From Thalia democratica (Eukaryota): a DNA stretch of 64,000 nucleotides. Under the pieces are notes generated by a model. It was not told the origin of the DNA. It searched no databases and saw only the letters and a list, made by a program, of their open reading frames with translations. Location: positions 72,416,001 to 72,480,000 of the forward strand of contig OZ241827.1 in assembly GCA_965202585.1 (NCBI GenBank), read 5' to 3'. Of the stretch, positions 34,065 to 45,079 are shown piece after piece. Position 1 is the stretch's first letter, and every line of letters starts with the position of its first letter. Made by a program: the position numbers and the translations under genes.

Positions 34065-34226
34065 ATCCAAGTTATGGCAGGGTTTGCAATTAAATGAATG
34101 GTCATGAATTGCAATGTTTTTGCCAATTCATCTATGGTCTGCAACTGTTCGAAAAGATTGATATGACTCTTCTCTTATACAGGAAAGGCCCTGATCGACC
34201 GAGCAAGTAAATAAACATTTGTTTAA
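34065..34226 (+). promoter_or_regulatory. Conserved non-coding block upstream of A-type genes (copies at 47898-48060 and 59142-59304) with forkhead-like GTAAATAAACA
   Basis: Retained in diverged unit 3 where the upstream flank is not alignable; no shared ORF. Confidence 0.5.
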
Positions 34227-35077
34227 AATTGTCAAAACATTCATTGTCAAAATAGTCGGACACGTGTTACAAAATTATAATAAAAATATGCCGGTTTAAT
34301 TACTGTTATTGAGTGACAACAAATTATCAAAGTTGAATTTTGTATACTTTTAAAATTTTTTACATCATTTGACTTTGTTTAAATGATTATTAATTAATTA
34401 GCTTTAAGTAATTTATTATTTATAGTCTGCAAAACTGTAATTAGGGAAAACAATTAAATAGTAAGTTTCTAAGTTTAATAACTTTTGTTTTAAAGTGAGA
34501 AAAATGAACATAAATTTAAGTAAAATCATTGGTGTATCATATTAACATACTAGTTTCTGTTGGTTTATTGTATATACTAGTATGTTAGTCCGCAAATTAA
34601 GATTTTAAAAGTTCAACTTCAAAAAGTTTTATACATTCTTGTTGTTGAAGTTTTATTACAAGTATTTTGTTTTATGTTCTAAATGTAATTTATCCCAATT
34701 TAAGAAACAACAGTATACTGTTAGGTTGTCTGGAATATATATTAAACGTAACTTTCTAGACTAACTAACCTGTAATACTGCATAGTCGTTTTAATTACTG
34801 TGTGCTACTTTATTCAAGCAATTTACTTTCAGTTAATCATTTTATAGTAACTTTTAAGCAATGGTGTAATGCGTTTTTACTTTATGATAGAAGTTATAGG
34901 GCTAATGTAGCTTTTTTAACGAAACAAATGTTTTATCTATATTCCTTGAGTAGAACTGTTTTTTTATAAATACTAATATCTCATACCAGTGTCAATTATT
35001 CTAATGCATAAAGAACCAATTTTTAAAACAATTGAATGATCTACTTTGCTCTGCTTCGCTTGAACATAGAGCATTAA

Positions 35078-35227
35078 ATGTCTAATTCAAAACAAAACTT
35101 CACATTATACCTTGATTACAATCTAGACTTTGCTTTAGACGTTGATTTTAATAATAAGCTTAATAAAAAACTACAAAATAATTTACTGGAATTCGGCTTT
35201 CTACTACTTGCTTGTAGACTTTTTAAC
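35078..35227 (+). CDS. Candidate leader (signal-peptide) exon of receptor A1
   Basis: MSNSKQ...KLNKKLQNNLLEFGFLLLACRLFN followed by GTGAAG (phase 0), matching the phase-0 acceptor at 36653. The hydrophobic part is conserved in the B leader with synonymous changes. Confidence 0.5.
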
Positions 35228-36652
35228 GTGAAGAAAATATTTTTAGTCAAAAGTATTTAAAAAGTTTAACAGTTTCGGTTCTTTTTAAATTATAGTTGAT
35301 ATTTTTATCACAAATTGTTGGTACTATGTCATTAAATATTTATTTTAGTGAAATTTAAGTATACACATAGTCTAAGTATATCTAACTATAAACGTAAAAA
35401 CAAGCAACAGCTTTAAAATAAATTAATTTTTAAAAATTTTAGTAGTTTATAGAATTTTATTTTTGTTCTAGTTTAGATTCACTTTACTTAATATAACCAA
35501 TTTATCATAGAGCTTAAGTACGTTCAACAGTACTAAGTATCTCACATAGTTATTAAAATGTTTTAGAAGTGTGTCATGTTTTAACTGAAACTATTTTAGT
35601 AAAATTGAAGTACAACATAAAAACTTTTCTTTACACAATATTAGTTGCAAACTGTAAAAAAATTTTAATTAAAGATTACCAAAGCTGTTTGTACAACTAC
35701 GCAACAACTTTAAAATTTTTACTAAAAATATTTTTATATTTAACAGTTTAACTAAATAAGGTAGTAAATACCAAATAAATTCTAACTACACAAAAGAAAA
35801 CTTTGTTACTCATTTAACAACTTAGCTACGTATCACAGTTTCATTAAATTTTATGTCACGATTTTTTACCAATGTACAAAAACAAGGTATGATGCTTTAA
35901 ATAAGGCTTTTTTGTACTAAAGATATTTTTAATTTAGTTGAATTTATTTGTTTGGTGATTAATTCTAATTAGTTGTTTTTTTTTTTGTTATTTTACTTTC
36001 TTAAAACAGTTGTTAAACAACCAGTTGATCTTTATAGTATTTTTATACAGTTTGCTTTAGTTTTGTATTTTGCTGCTTAAACTTTTTGTTGATGTTTTAA
36101 AAAAAGAGTTGTTTGGTTTGATTATTAGAGTATTTAAGTGACACAATTAAACAAGAATTTCAAAATTAAAATCAAGTTTATAATTTTTATTTTGGTATTT
36201 TAATTCTTACCAGAAAGTAAAGTATAAAAACTAATATACAAAGAGTTTCTTAAGTTCACATAAAAGATTTTTTTGTGATGACTATAAACAGTTTAAACTT
36301 ATATATTGTAACTTCAAATGTAGCTTTAGTTTTTCTAAAAACAATCTTTCAAAGTGATTTGTACACTATCTTCAAAAATTAAAAAATAAACCTAAAAATT
36401 TGATACTTTATGACTTATTTATGTTATGTTTTTTTTTGGAATATAAAGAAAATAATATATTTATTAGTCTTTTAAAATTCTAATTTAAAATAATTATTTA
36501 ATTTTCACAGCTTTTATCATTAAAACAGCTTTACATAAATACTTTTAGTTTATAACCAAAAGTATAAAAAAGGTTGTAAAATAAACTTAGCCAAAGTGTT
36601 ATAGTTCTTCTGTTTTCTCTAAGTATAAGAAATTTAATCAACTTGTTATCAG

Positions 36653-37885
36653 ACACTAAATATCAAAATGGATTGCAAATATATTACAACTGGTGAGATA
36701 AAGCGATTGAGGTGCGATGATTTCCTGTTTGTTTACGAGTATTTCACTTTCGAAGAATCCGTTGAATTCTGCAGAAATCAAAATTACCAGTTTGCCAAAA
36801 TCAACGTCAAGGATGGTAAAATGGATGATAAGGAGTTGAAGAAGTTTGTAAATGTAATTAGGGGCTCCTACCGAGTAGGATTGAAATTAATAAACAAAAA
36901 TGGAACTTGGTCTAGAAACTGGTTTGATGGCGAAAAGTATGATGAAATATCCAGTGGTGAAATAAAAGTTTTAAATGAGTATCACGAAAATGATAGTTGT
37001 TACGACGTATTTGTAAACATATACGAAAGTCGTATCTACAAAGTGAAGTGTGTTGACAAAACTATGTTTTTATGCAGAAAGCCAGAAAATAGTTTAACAA
37101 CAAAATCGTCCAAAAGATTTTCCTATTCACAAATTACTAAAAATCCACGTATTAATCTTGGTCAGGAAACAACTTCTCCATATTTGTATGAAACCTTGAA
37201 AAATGTTTCTTTTAGTGACACTACCAAATCCAAAGTTGGTTTTACTAAGACATCCACAGACATAACAACTTCAAAACCAGCTAGGTTTAAGACACCTATA
37301 AGCACAACAAACTCATTTTATTCATCAAAACGTATGATCAATAATCCCTTTGTTACAACTACAAAATCCGGAGTAGTTTCTTTTACAAATAAAGCTATTT
37401 CAAAACCAGGTAGTTTTTTAAACAATAGTGAGTTCATAAAAAATAAATTTTTATTGATCGGAATGGGTTCTTCGTTGTGTTTTCTTTTTATTATTTCCCT
37501 TTTTTTACTTGCTTACATCTACCACAACAAAAGAAACATAAGAAACAAGAAAAATAAGAGAAATAAAAATATTGGAATGTCAGAGGTCAGGTTCTCACCA
37601 GTCGCAGTTGAGGAGCACCAGTTTTATGACGTCACAGCGAATAACGACATAAAGAATGACATCACACCAGTTGTAAGTGTGAAGCGAGACATTGCAGCAT
37701 CGCTTCCAATATCGTGTGATATTTGTCATGACGACGTCACAATTCCTTCTTGTTCAGTTCATAATGACGTCATAATACCATGTAATGCATGTCGTAATAA
37801 AGTGAGCAAGTTGAAAATAGAAAATGACAAAGATTCAGTTAATCTTTCTCAAGACTTTAGTTTTTGGGTTCACGTTGAAGAATAA
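36653..37885 (+). CDS. C-type-lectin-like domain + Ser/Thr stalk + TM + cytoplasmic tail receptor (copy A1), main exon
   Basis: 405-aa ORF from 36668, open to a TCAG acceptor 15 nt upstream. CTLD hallmarks FTFEESVEFC, YRVGL, WFDG, C..C..FLCRKP; TM LLIGMGSSLCFLFIISLFLLAYIY followed by a basic KRNIRNKKNKR stop-transfer. Confidence 0.85.
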   Translation, partial: TLNIKMDCKYITTGEIKRLRCDDFLFVYEYFTFEESVEFCRNQNYQFAKINVKDGKMDDKELKKFVNVIRGSYRVGLKLINKNGTWSRNWFDGEKYDEISSGEIKVLNEYHENDSCYDVFVNIYESRIYKVKCVDKTMFLCRKPENSLTTKSSKRFSYSQITKNPRINLGQETTSPYLYETLKNVSFSDTTKSKVGFTKTSTDITTSKPARFKTPISTTNSFYSSKRMINNPFVTTTKSGVVSFTNKAISKPGSFLNNSEFIKNKFLLIGMGSSLCFLFIISLFLLAYIYHNKRNIRNKKNKRNKNIGMSEVRFSPVAVEEHQFYDVTANNDIKNDITPVVSVKRDIAASLPISCDICHDDVTIPSCSVHNDVIIPCNACRNKVSKLKIENDKDSVNLSQDFSFWVHVEE

Positions 37886-38594
37886 AGAGTATTTTCTTGC
37901 TAACAAGTATTGACTGAAAATTAAATACACATATATATATATTATTGAAACTAAACTATTGTACATTGATGTTCATTAAAAATATTTTACCTGTTTTACA
38001 AATAATTGCACTAAAGTTGTTAAGTATGTTTATACTCTACTTAAACTGACATTTTTCATATCATACGCTAGTATAAGTTATAAACTTTAGTGCATTTTAA
38101 ACATTTGTTGTTGTTGCATTAAAAAAAATTTCTAAATAGTTCATTACAGTAAGTTAAGCATTTTAAATACATAATATAGTGTTTATAAATACTTTGATGC
38201 GTCAGTTTTTTTTAAGCAAACAACTATTATTCAATAAAAGTTTCATACTTATCAAAAACTATACACAAGTGAGTCATAATACTCACTTGTGATAATTTTA
38301 AATTTTTGCTGTTTTGTTTAGTTTTGTATAAACGGGATGAATAAAAAAATTATAGCCTACTAATAAGAAGTTTGTAACATTTAAGTAAATTCTATATTAT
38401 ATATATATATATACATTTATATATACTATTGGAAAAGTACGATTTATAAAATACTGGTACATATGTTTCATAAAGCTTTAATCATCAGCCACTTAAATTC
38501 ATTATTTTAAAATCGCACGTTTCCAATAAATTATTCTAAAGTCCTTCAAGTGGGCTCTGTAGAAGGTGTTCAAGTTTGAACAATAATCTTATTT

Positions 38595-38629
<35 letters not shown>

Positions 38630-38630
38630 A
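38595..38630. repeat. (TA)n microsatellite (paralogous copy 52414-52445; shorter one near 38393-38425)
   Basis: Direct reading. Confidence 0.9.
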
Positions 38631-39171
38631 AACAGTATTGTTTAAGACGTCTATGAAATTTTAACTTGTATATGACATACACTGCTGAGCATAAATAGAT
38701 TTGTAGTTAAAGCACAATCACTCATTAATTGCTTCTTGTCACTTAGTTAACTGAAAAAGGTCGTCATGGACCACCAATAGTAAGAAGAATCTGAACCTAA
38801 CCAACTCAATAGAATCATTGGGATGACTGAGGCAAAATTTAAGTGATGGACTGAATTATCACTCGAAAATTCGACTTGCAGCAGTCATCTATAATAATTA
38901 AACTAAGTACCCCAGACTTTTAAGTTTTGGGATGTTTAAAACACCGTGTTTAAGTTAAAATCTGGGGTGTTTAAAATGTTAAAGTATTCAAACTTGCTAA
39001 CGGACGCCACAGCAGAAAAAGGAGGAAACGAAAGATCATCGACAATTTTGTCTGTATGCTTCAAGTTTCTTAAATTAATGACACAGTTCAACGGAGTTTT
39101 CATAAAATGAACATAACTTGCAAAGATAGATATTTTGTTTTAAAAATTTATATAATGTATAGTTTATTAAT

Positions 39172-39232
39172 ATGCTACAAAACAATTTAATAGAATTGGG
39201 ATTTTTGCTACTTTCTTGTAGAGTTTTTTGTC
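39172..39232 (+). pseudogene. Leader exon of receptor B1 (signal-peptide-like)
   Basis: MLQNNLIELGFLLLSCRVFC + C|GTAAAA (phase 1), matching the CTAAC...TTTTTTTAG acceptor at 40613. Confidence 0.55.
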
Positions 39233-40613
39233 GTAAAAAGATAATGGCAAACCTATATGTAATTTTTTTTCAAAAACTTCTTTGTTTAAACAAATTTAGA
39301 TTAATCTTTCAAAATTTTATCTGGCATTTGGATCATGAGTTACTTCGATTTCTCAGTTAGTGAAACCAATGTATAGTGTATACAAGTTAAAAATGTTTAA
39401 ACGAGTACTTAAATTAAAATTCTAAAGTTTTAAAGTACTAATTGGTTGATAGGTGTTTTAAAATACTGTTTTAGATCTACGTTAATTTTGTTATATATAA
39501 GACTTTTTTTTATTATTAACGTCATATAGCTTAAGTACATTTTAAAAAAACTGACGTATATAGAGTTTACAATTTATTTTAATACCTGAAAACAGTGTTA
39601 AGTTTTTTACCAATACGAATAAAAAGTATAAAAGTATAACATAAGAGTAGTAAGTAGTTTTTTTTATACAAAAAATTAAGTATAAACTGCAAATACATTT
39701 CAAAACAATTAACTTTTAAATAGTTAAAAAGTGGTATAAAAAGTAGATGAGCATTAAAAAAAGACTTTCAAACTTTCAATGATTAAAAATAAAACATACT
39801 TTTTTAGAGTTTTTATTAAAGTATAATTTTTTTTTGGTAAAATGTCCTTACGCATAAAAAAAATATTTAGGTATTACATCATGTATTGTACATCAAGTCA
39901 AGAATAATTTATAGAACCTTTAAAATCTCAATGTGGAATTATTTAAAAAAAAGCTTGTTTTTACGTTTTATAAAACTGTTTTTTTTTTTTTTTGTGTAAA
40001 TTTGAAGTTTCAATTTAGTTAGGATTTTCGACCAATACTTTTTAATAGAAAACTTTTATTAGAATAAATCGCTGGTAAACAAGGTTTATTGTTGAAAATA
40101 TCGTTTGAGATTTGAATTTAATTTATAGTTTATAATTTTTAATAAAAGTTGAATTTTTGGTAATGATAGGTATCTGGTTTTGAATTGGTTCCCTGTGGAG
40201 GGAATAATCTAGTTTAAATATTGAAAATTTTTAACTTTAGTTTTAGTTTTAGTTTTTTTAAAACTTAATTTGAAATGTTATTTTTTATATAAAGCAAAAA
40301 ATATTTTTTATAGTCAAGTTTGAAAACAAAAGACGACTTATGGGTTCTTTTTATAAGTGTTGAGTTAAACATAATATATAAAAAAAACTATTTCAAAAAT
40401 ATTTATTCTTTGTCTTTATTTTATTTTCAACATATATCCAAAGTATTAGTGCATAACTAGTACTTTTAAATTTAATAAAAAGTTTAGTTATTGTTTTTGT
40501 TCTGTAAGATTAAAACAAGCTGAAAAATTTATAATTTTCTTGTTTTTATTTTACAAAAATTGTACAATTTTTGAAACTTTGACTTAATACCCTAACTGTT
40601 TTATTTTTTTTAG

Positions 40614-42772
40614 CATTAGTTTCGCAATTAGGTAAACAAAATAATATTGAATGTGCGTGGTCGTTAAAACCTGAGTGATCAATTTTCATCAGTTAATAAT
40701 TATTTGAGATGAGTAGTAAACTCATTGACTTCGATGTTTACAAATGCGGTGGGCTTCTAATTGTTTTTAAACCGTTGAGCTTCGAACAATCAGTCGGAAA
40801 CTGCAGAAATCGTCACAATCTATCAGCTGGCTAAGATAAACGCCAAGCAAGGCGAGGTTGACGATGACAAGTATGAGAAGTACACAAACGGAATAAAAGG
40901 TCTTTTCCGTGTAGGTTTGAAATTTGTGAACGAAAGTGGTACTTGGTCTGGAATGTGGATTGATGGTGGAATGTACGACGAAATGTCTAGCGGTGAAATA
41001 AAATTGTTCCATAAGTACCATGAAAACAGTAGTTGCTACGAGGTAGTTGTAAACATGCAACACAAAAATCGAATTTCGAAAGTACAGTGTGGTGACACAG
41101 GTATTTATCTATGTACAAAGCCAAAAAATAATTTGACAACAAAATCATCTGCAAGGATTTCTTATTTAACAATTACTAAAAAGCAACAAGATGATATTTG
41201 TATAAAAGCTTGAGTCTGAGCCTGAGTCTGATTTAGTCCCTATTGAGACATTTATAAATGCAACAACTTCAAAATCAGCAAGTATTAAGGCACCTATAAA
41301 CACAAAAAAATTATCATACTTACCTAAAAATAGAAACAGACGTACATTTGTTACAACTACCAAATCGAGATTAGTTTCTTCTAAGGTAGGGGTGGGCAAC
41401 GTTTTTCAATCAACGGGCCGGATCCAGAAATATTTAGTCTTTTGCGGGCCAGAGCATTTTGAATTAGTTATTTACCGGATCCAGTGTCCGGATCCAGTAA
41501 ATAATGACTTTTTAAATCCGAATCCGACTAGATACTAATTTTAAGTCGAGATCCGGATCCGGTCGGATTCTAATTAAAATGTAAGCTTCGGATCCGGCCG
41601 GAATCTAGTTATATTGATACAGTGGATCACTTTTTTGAATCCTTAAAATTCACAAATCTTTCTCAAGTCTGACAACTTAAGATATATATTGAGACATGTC
41701 ATATGTTAAAACAATGTCTATAATTATAATTGACATTGTAATTGACAAAGGTACGTATGTAAAACATCGTACTTAAAAAACACTTTGCTTGGGGTAATTT
41801 GACAAAATGATATTCCAACTAAGTAAGAACAACACAAAATATTAGGACAAAATGGTGTATTTATTAGAGCACATTAATTTACAAAGTCATTTTTTAGCAA
41901 TTTTTTGAAGTCGAATTCTTACAGTTTTGATTTGTAAAAATATGATGCAAAGTTTTATAAAAACTTTGTAATATTGACCCTTCGCGGGTCTGTCACTTCG
42001 CTTGCGGGCCGGTCATTTTCATTTGCGGGCCGGATCCGGCCCGCGGGCCGTACGTTGCCCACCCCTATTCTAAGGCATCATCAAATTCAACTATTTCAAA
42101 GCTAGGTAGCTTTTTATACACCGAATCATATATATGTGAATCTATTAACAAAACTTTATTGATTGGAATAAGCTCTGCTTTGTGCACATTTTTTTCCCTT
42201 TTTTTAATTGCTTACATCTACTACATCAAAAGCAACAAACAAAACAAGAAAAACAAAAGAAATAAAAATATTGGAATTTCAGAGATCAGGTTCTCACCAG
42301 TCGCAGTTGAGAAGCACCAGTTTCATGACGTCACACAAACATCTAACAACGAATTCACAAAGAATCACGTCACAGCAGCTGTAAGCATGAAATGTACAGA
42401 CATTGCAGCATCGCTGCCAATTTCGTGTGATGTTTTTCATAATGACGTCACAATTACACGTAATGTTTGTCATGATGACGTCACACTGAAAAAATTCGCG
42501 TCGACAACAGATGATGTCAAAACAGATGCATGTTTAAAACGTGCAAATTTAGATAATGATGTAGCATCGCTTCCATTTTCGTGTGGTATTTGTCATGATG
42601 ACGTCATAACTCCGTCTTATTCTAGTCGTAATGACGTCAAGTCATCAGATTTGAATAAAGATTCAGTTGATCATTCTGATGGTCACAATAAGTGAGTGAG
42701 ATGAGTACTGAAAATAACATAGAAAATCCCGATGAAGATTATAGCTTTTGGGTTCACGTTTCTGAGTACTGA
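40614..42772 (+). pseudogene. CTLD-TM receptor pseudogene (copy B1), interrupted by MITE
   Basis: Homologous CTLD/stalk/TM/tail. Stop at 40676, frameshifts near 40815, 41200 and 42690, and a 681-bp insertion; ends DYSFWVHVSEY*. Confidence 0.85.
41387..42067. mobile_element. Non-autonomous hAT MITE, 681 bp
   Basis: 16-bp perfect TIR TAGGGGTGGGCAACGT; 8-bp TSD TTCTAAGG at 41379-41386 and 42068-42075; empty site with single TTCTAAGG in B2 (~55171); CCGGATCC/GGCCCGC subterminal repeats; no ORF. Confidence 0.95.
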
Positions 42773-45079
42773 TTACTCTTGTGCCTACCATAATAAGACT
42801 AAAACTTTCTAATAACATAAAAATACTTTTTTCTTTGAAAAAAAGAACTGAGTCTTATGTTTGACAACGACATTTGATACTTTTTTTTTTCATTTTACAA
42901 TCATTTGCATTAAAATGTTTCAATTTATTTAGAGACTTTACTGTATTTCAAATATTTAACCTTTTAAAGCTAATGAAAATCATAAGGTTAAACGTATACT
43001 GCCGTAAATTTGATTAAACGTATATTTTAAGTTAAATTAACGTTTATATAAGATTACGACGTAATAATACAATATTTATAATTATAAAAAGTATGAAATT
43101 GTTTCTAAACAATAGTTAATTTTCTTCAGAAAGAGTCATATATCAAAATTTTAAGCACACTATATACACTTTATTGTACTAATTAAGATTATTAATACTA
43201 TTTTACTTTAAAGAACACTTTATCTATTTGTTTCTAAACATATCAATATAAATCGTATAGTATTTTTCACTTTTTTATTGTGTTATGAGATTAAAAATCA
43301 GTTTCAATAAAGTTTTGAAATATACTTTATAATTTGAAAAACGGATACATATAATTTTAATGAAAATCAATGTACAAAATTTAATTTTTATGTTTATAAC
43401 TTTTTTTTTTTGAGTTATTAGTGAATACTTTATTTGTTTGCTTACTTTAGTCTTTGTTGCTTTGTTCATACTAATAAAAATAAAAGACTTTTAGTAAAAC
43501 TTCGAATAACTATTTCTGATAGAAAAATACTTAATATCGTTTTTTTTTTTTCAAATATTAACCATAGAGCTGTGTATGTTTTTTTATTAAATCTTTTCAT
43601 TACATTTTTACTAGCTTAACACTATTTATTTTCTATAAATTAATAAACAAAACTGAACCGATTTAATGTATTAAATTAAAAATATTTGTTGTTTTAATTG
43701 GTCTTTATGAACTACATAAATTACTTTCGGTAATCTGTATTTAGTCAATATGTATTATACTCAAAAAATATTTAAAAATATTTACCTTTAGCTGTAATCA
43801 AAAAAGATTTGATAACCGTGTTTGTACTTAAATTTACTTTATTATTTTGTTTCAACAATGTGAACTAAAAACTAAAGTAAAGTATAACATCTTTTGAACA
43901 TTGTTTTATATTTTATTTTTCTTTTTTGAGCTAAGTATAATATAAACTGAAATTTGAGTTTGAATTTAAAACTGAAATCTGAAAACTTTACAAAAAAATA
44001 ATATTTTTTTTATATGTTATATCTTTCAGAAGTTCTTCCTGCTTTAACAATCTCATAAAAACTTCCAAGTGTTTGCATATCAATTAATTCAAAAAGTACT
44101 TAAAATTTACCTTGGTTAAAAAAACTTCTATAAACTTAAATCAAATTAAATAAAACTCATTCTAGAAATTTAGAAATTGTTTAAACTAAATTGAAAACCT
44201 GTGTTATCAGTTTTCTAGGACTTGACTAAAATCATAAACCATCTTTTAATACCATTGTTTCAAACAACAATAACAACAAAGAGTCAAAAACAAATGTTTA
44301 AAACTTCAAACAAAAGAAGTTAGACCTTTAATATTGACAAATCGAATTTTAAGGTTATTTTAATCTGTTTATACATAAAGTGCACAATGGAGAAACATTA
44401 GGTGTACACAAATTACTATTTGATAAATTTATTTTTATTTCGTAAAACGATTTTATCGCAATTTTTTTTTTAAACATTGTTAGTGCAAACACTTTTTGTA
44501 AGTACATAATAATTTGATTAAATTTTACTTATAAGTCTTTAATACTGTTTACTCTTCGTTCCATTTGATTTTTAAATCATTGTTGTCAAGTTGAAATTAA
44601 TAAAATTTATGAACAAAAGTTACAAACGTTTGTAAGACAATGTGAGAAAATAAAACTTAACTCTACTAAATTAGTTGTTTAAGCAGAAAATTATTAGCGT
44701 GGTATTTACTAAAAACTATTTTTACTAAATTAGTATTTTAATCAAACTAAAACAATAACTACTTTTCACATAATTCAATACCAGTTTATAAAAATAAAAC
44801 ATTTAACTATTTGAATAAAAAATACTAGTCATAGTTTAAACCTAAAACTAGAGGTACTAACATGTTGTTTAAGGTTGGTAATTAATATTTTAAGCCAAGC
44901 ATTTTAAATTTAATATGAAAACTTGTTGCTGCTAGATATTCTGTGATATTCCATAATACAAAAATTTAATTTTCCATTGATTGTTTAATTTTCTTATGCT
45001 GATATTTGTACCGTCGAAATCTCATGGGAATAAACATTTTTTTACCTAAAAATGAATAGATTTATACTTGAGGTTCTAA

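Larger units (their letters stand above)
30775..43430 (+). repeat. Segmental duplication unit 1 (~12.7 kb; genes A1 + B1)
   Basis: Colinear similarity to 43430-56540; the ATTTGTTTGCTT...GAATAACTAT...GTTTTAATTGGTCTTT block marks the unit starts; edges approximate. Confidence 0.85.

Noticed and set aside
34545-34660. Hydrophobic frame VLYILVVEVLLQ|GTAT as a signal exon
   Set aside because: No ATG in frame, and stops in the unit 2 and 3 copies.
37600-37640. Tail tyrosines (QFYDVT, EDYSFW) as ITIM/ITAM
   Set aside because: They do not fit (I/V/L/S)xYxx(L/V) or YxxL/I consensus, and Y is replaced by H or F in paralogs.
37700-37720. CxxCH (CDICH) heme-c motif in receptor tail
   Set aside because: Cytosolic tail of an animal membrane protein; c-type heme attachment does not occur there, and the motif is not conserved in C.
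38909-38968. Imperfect inverted repeat ACCCCAGA(C)TTTTAA...TTAAAATCTGGGGT upstream of the B leader (copy near 52720-52785)
   Set aside because: Short, with no TSD; cannot tell MITE remnant from regulatory hairpin or chance.
40709-41213. Idea that B encodes a soluble lectin ending at ICIKA*
   Set aside because: Stops lie between the leader acceptor and the CTLD in both copies, and each CTLD has its own additional lesion.
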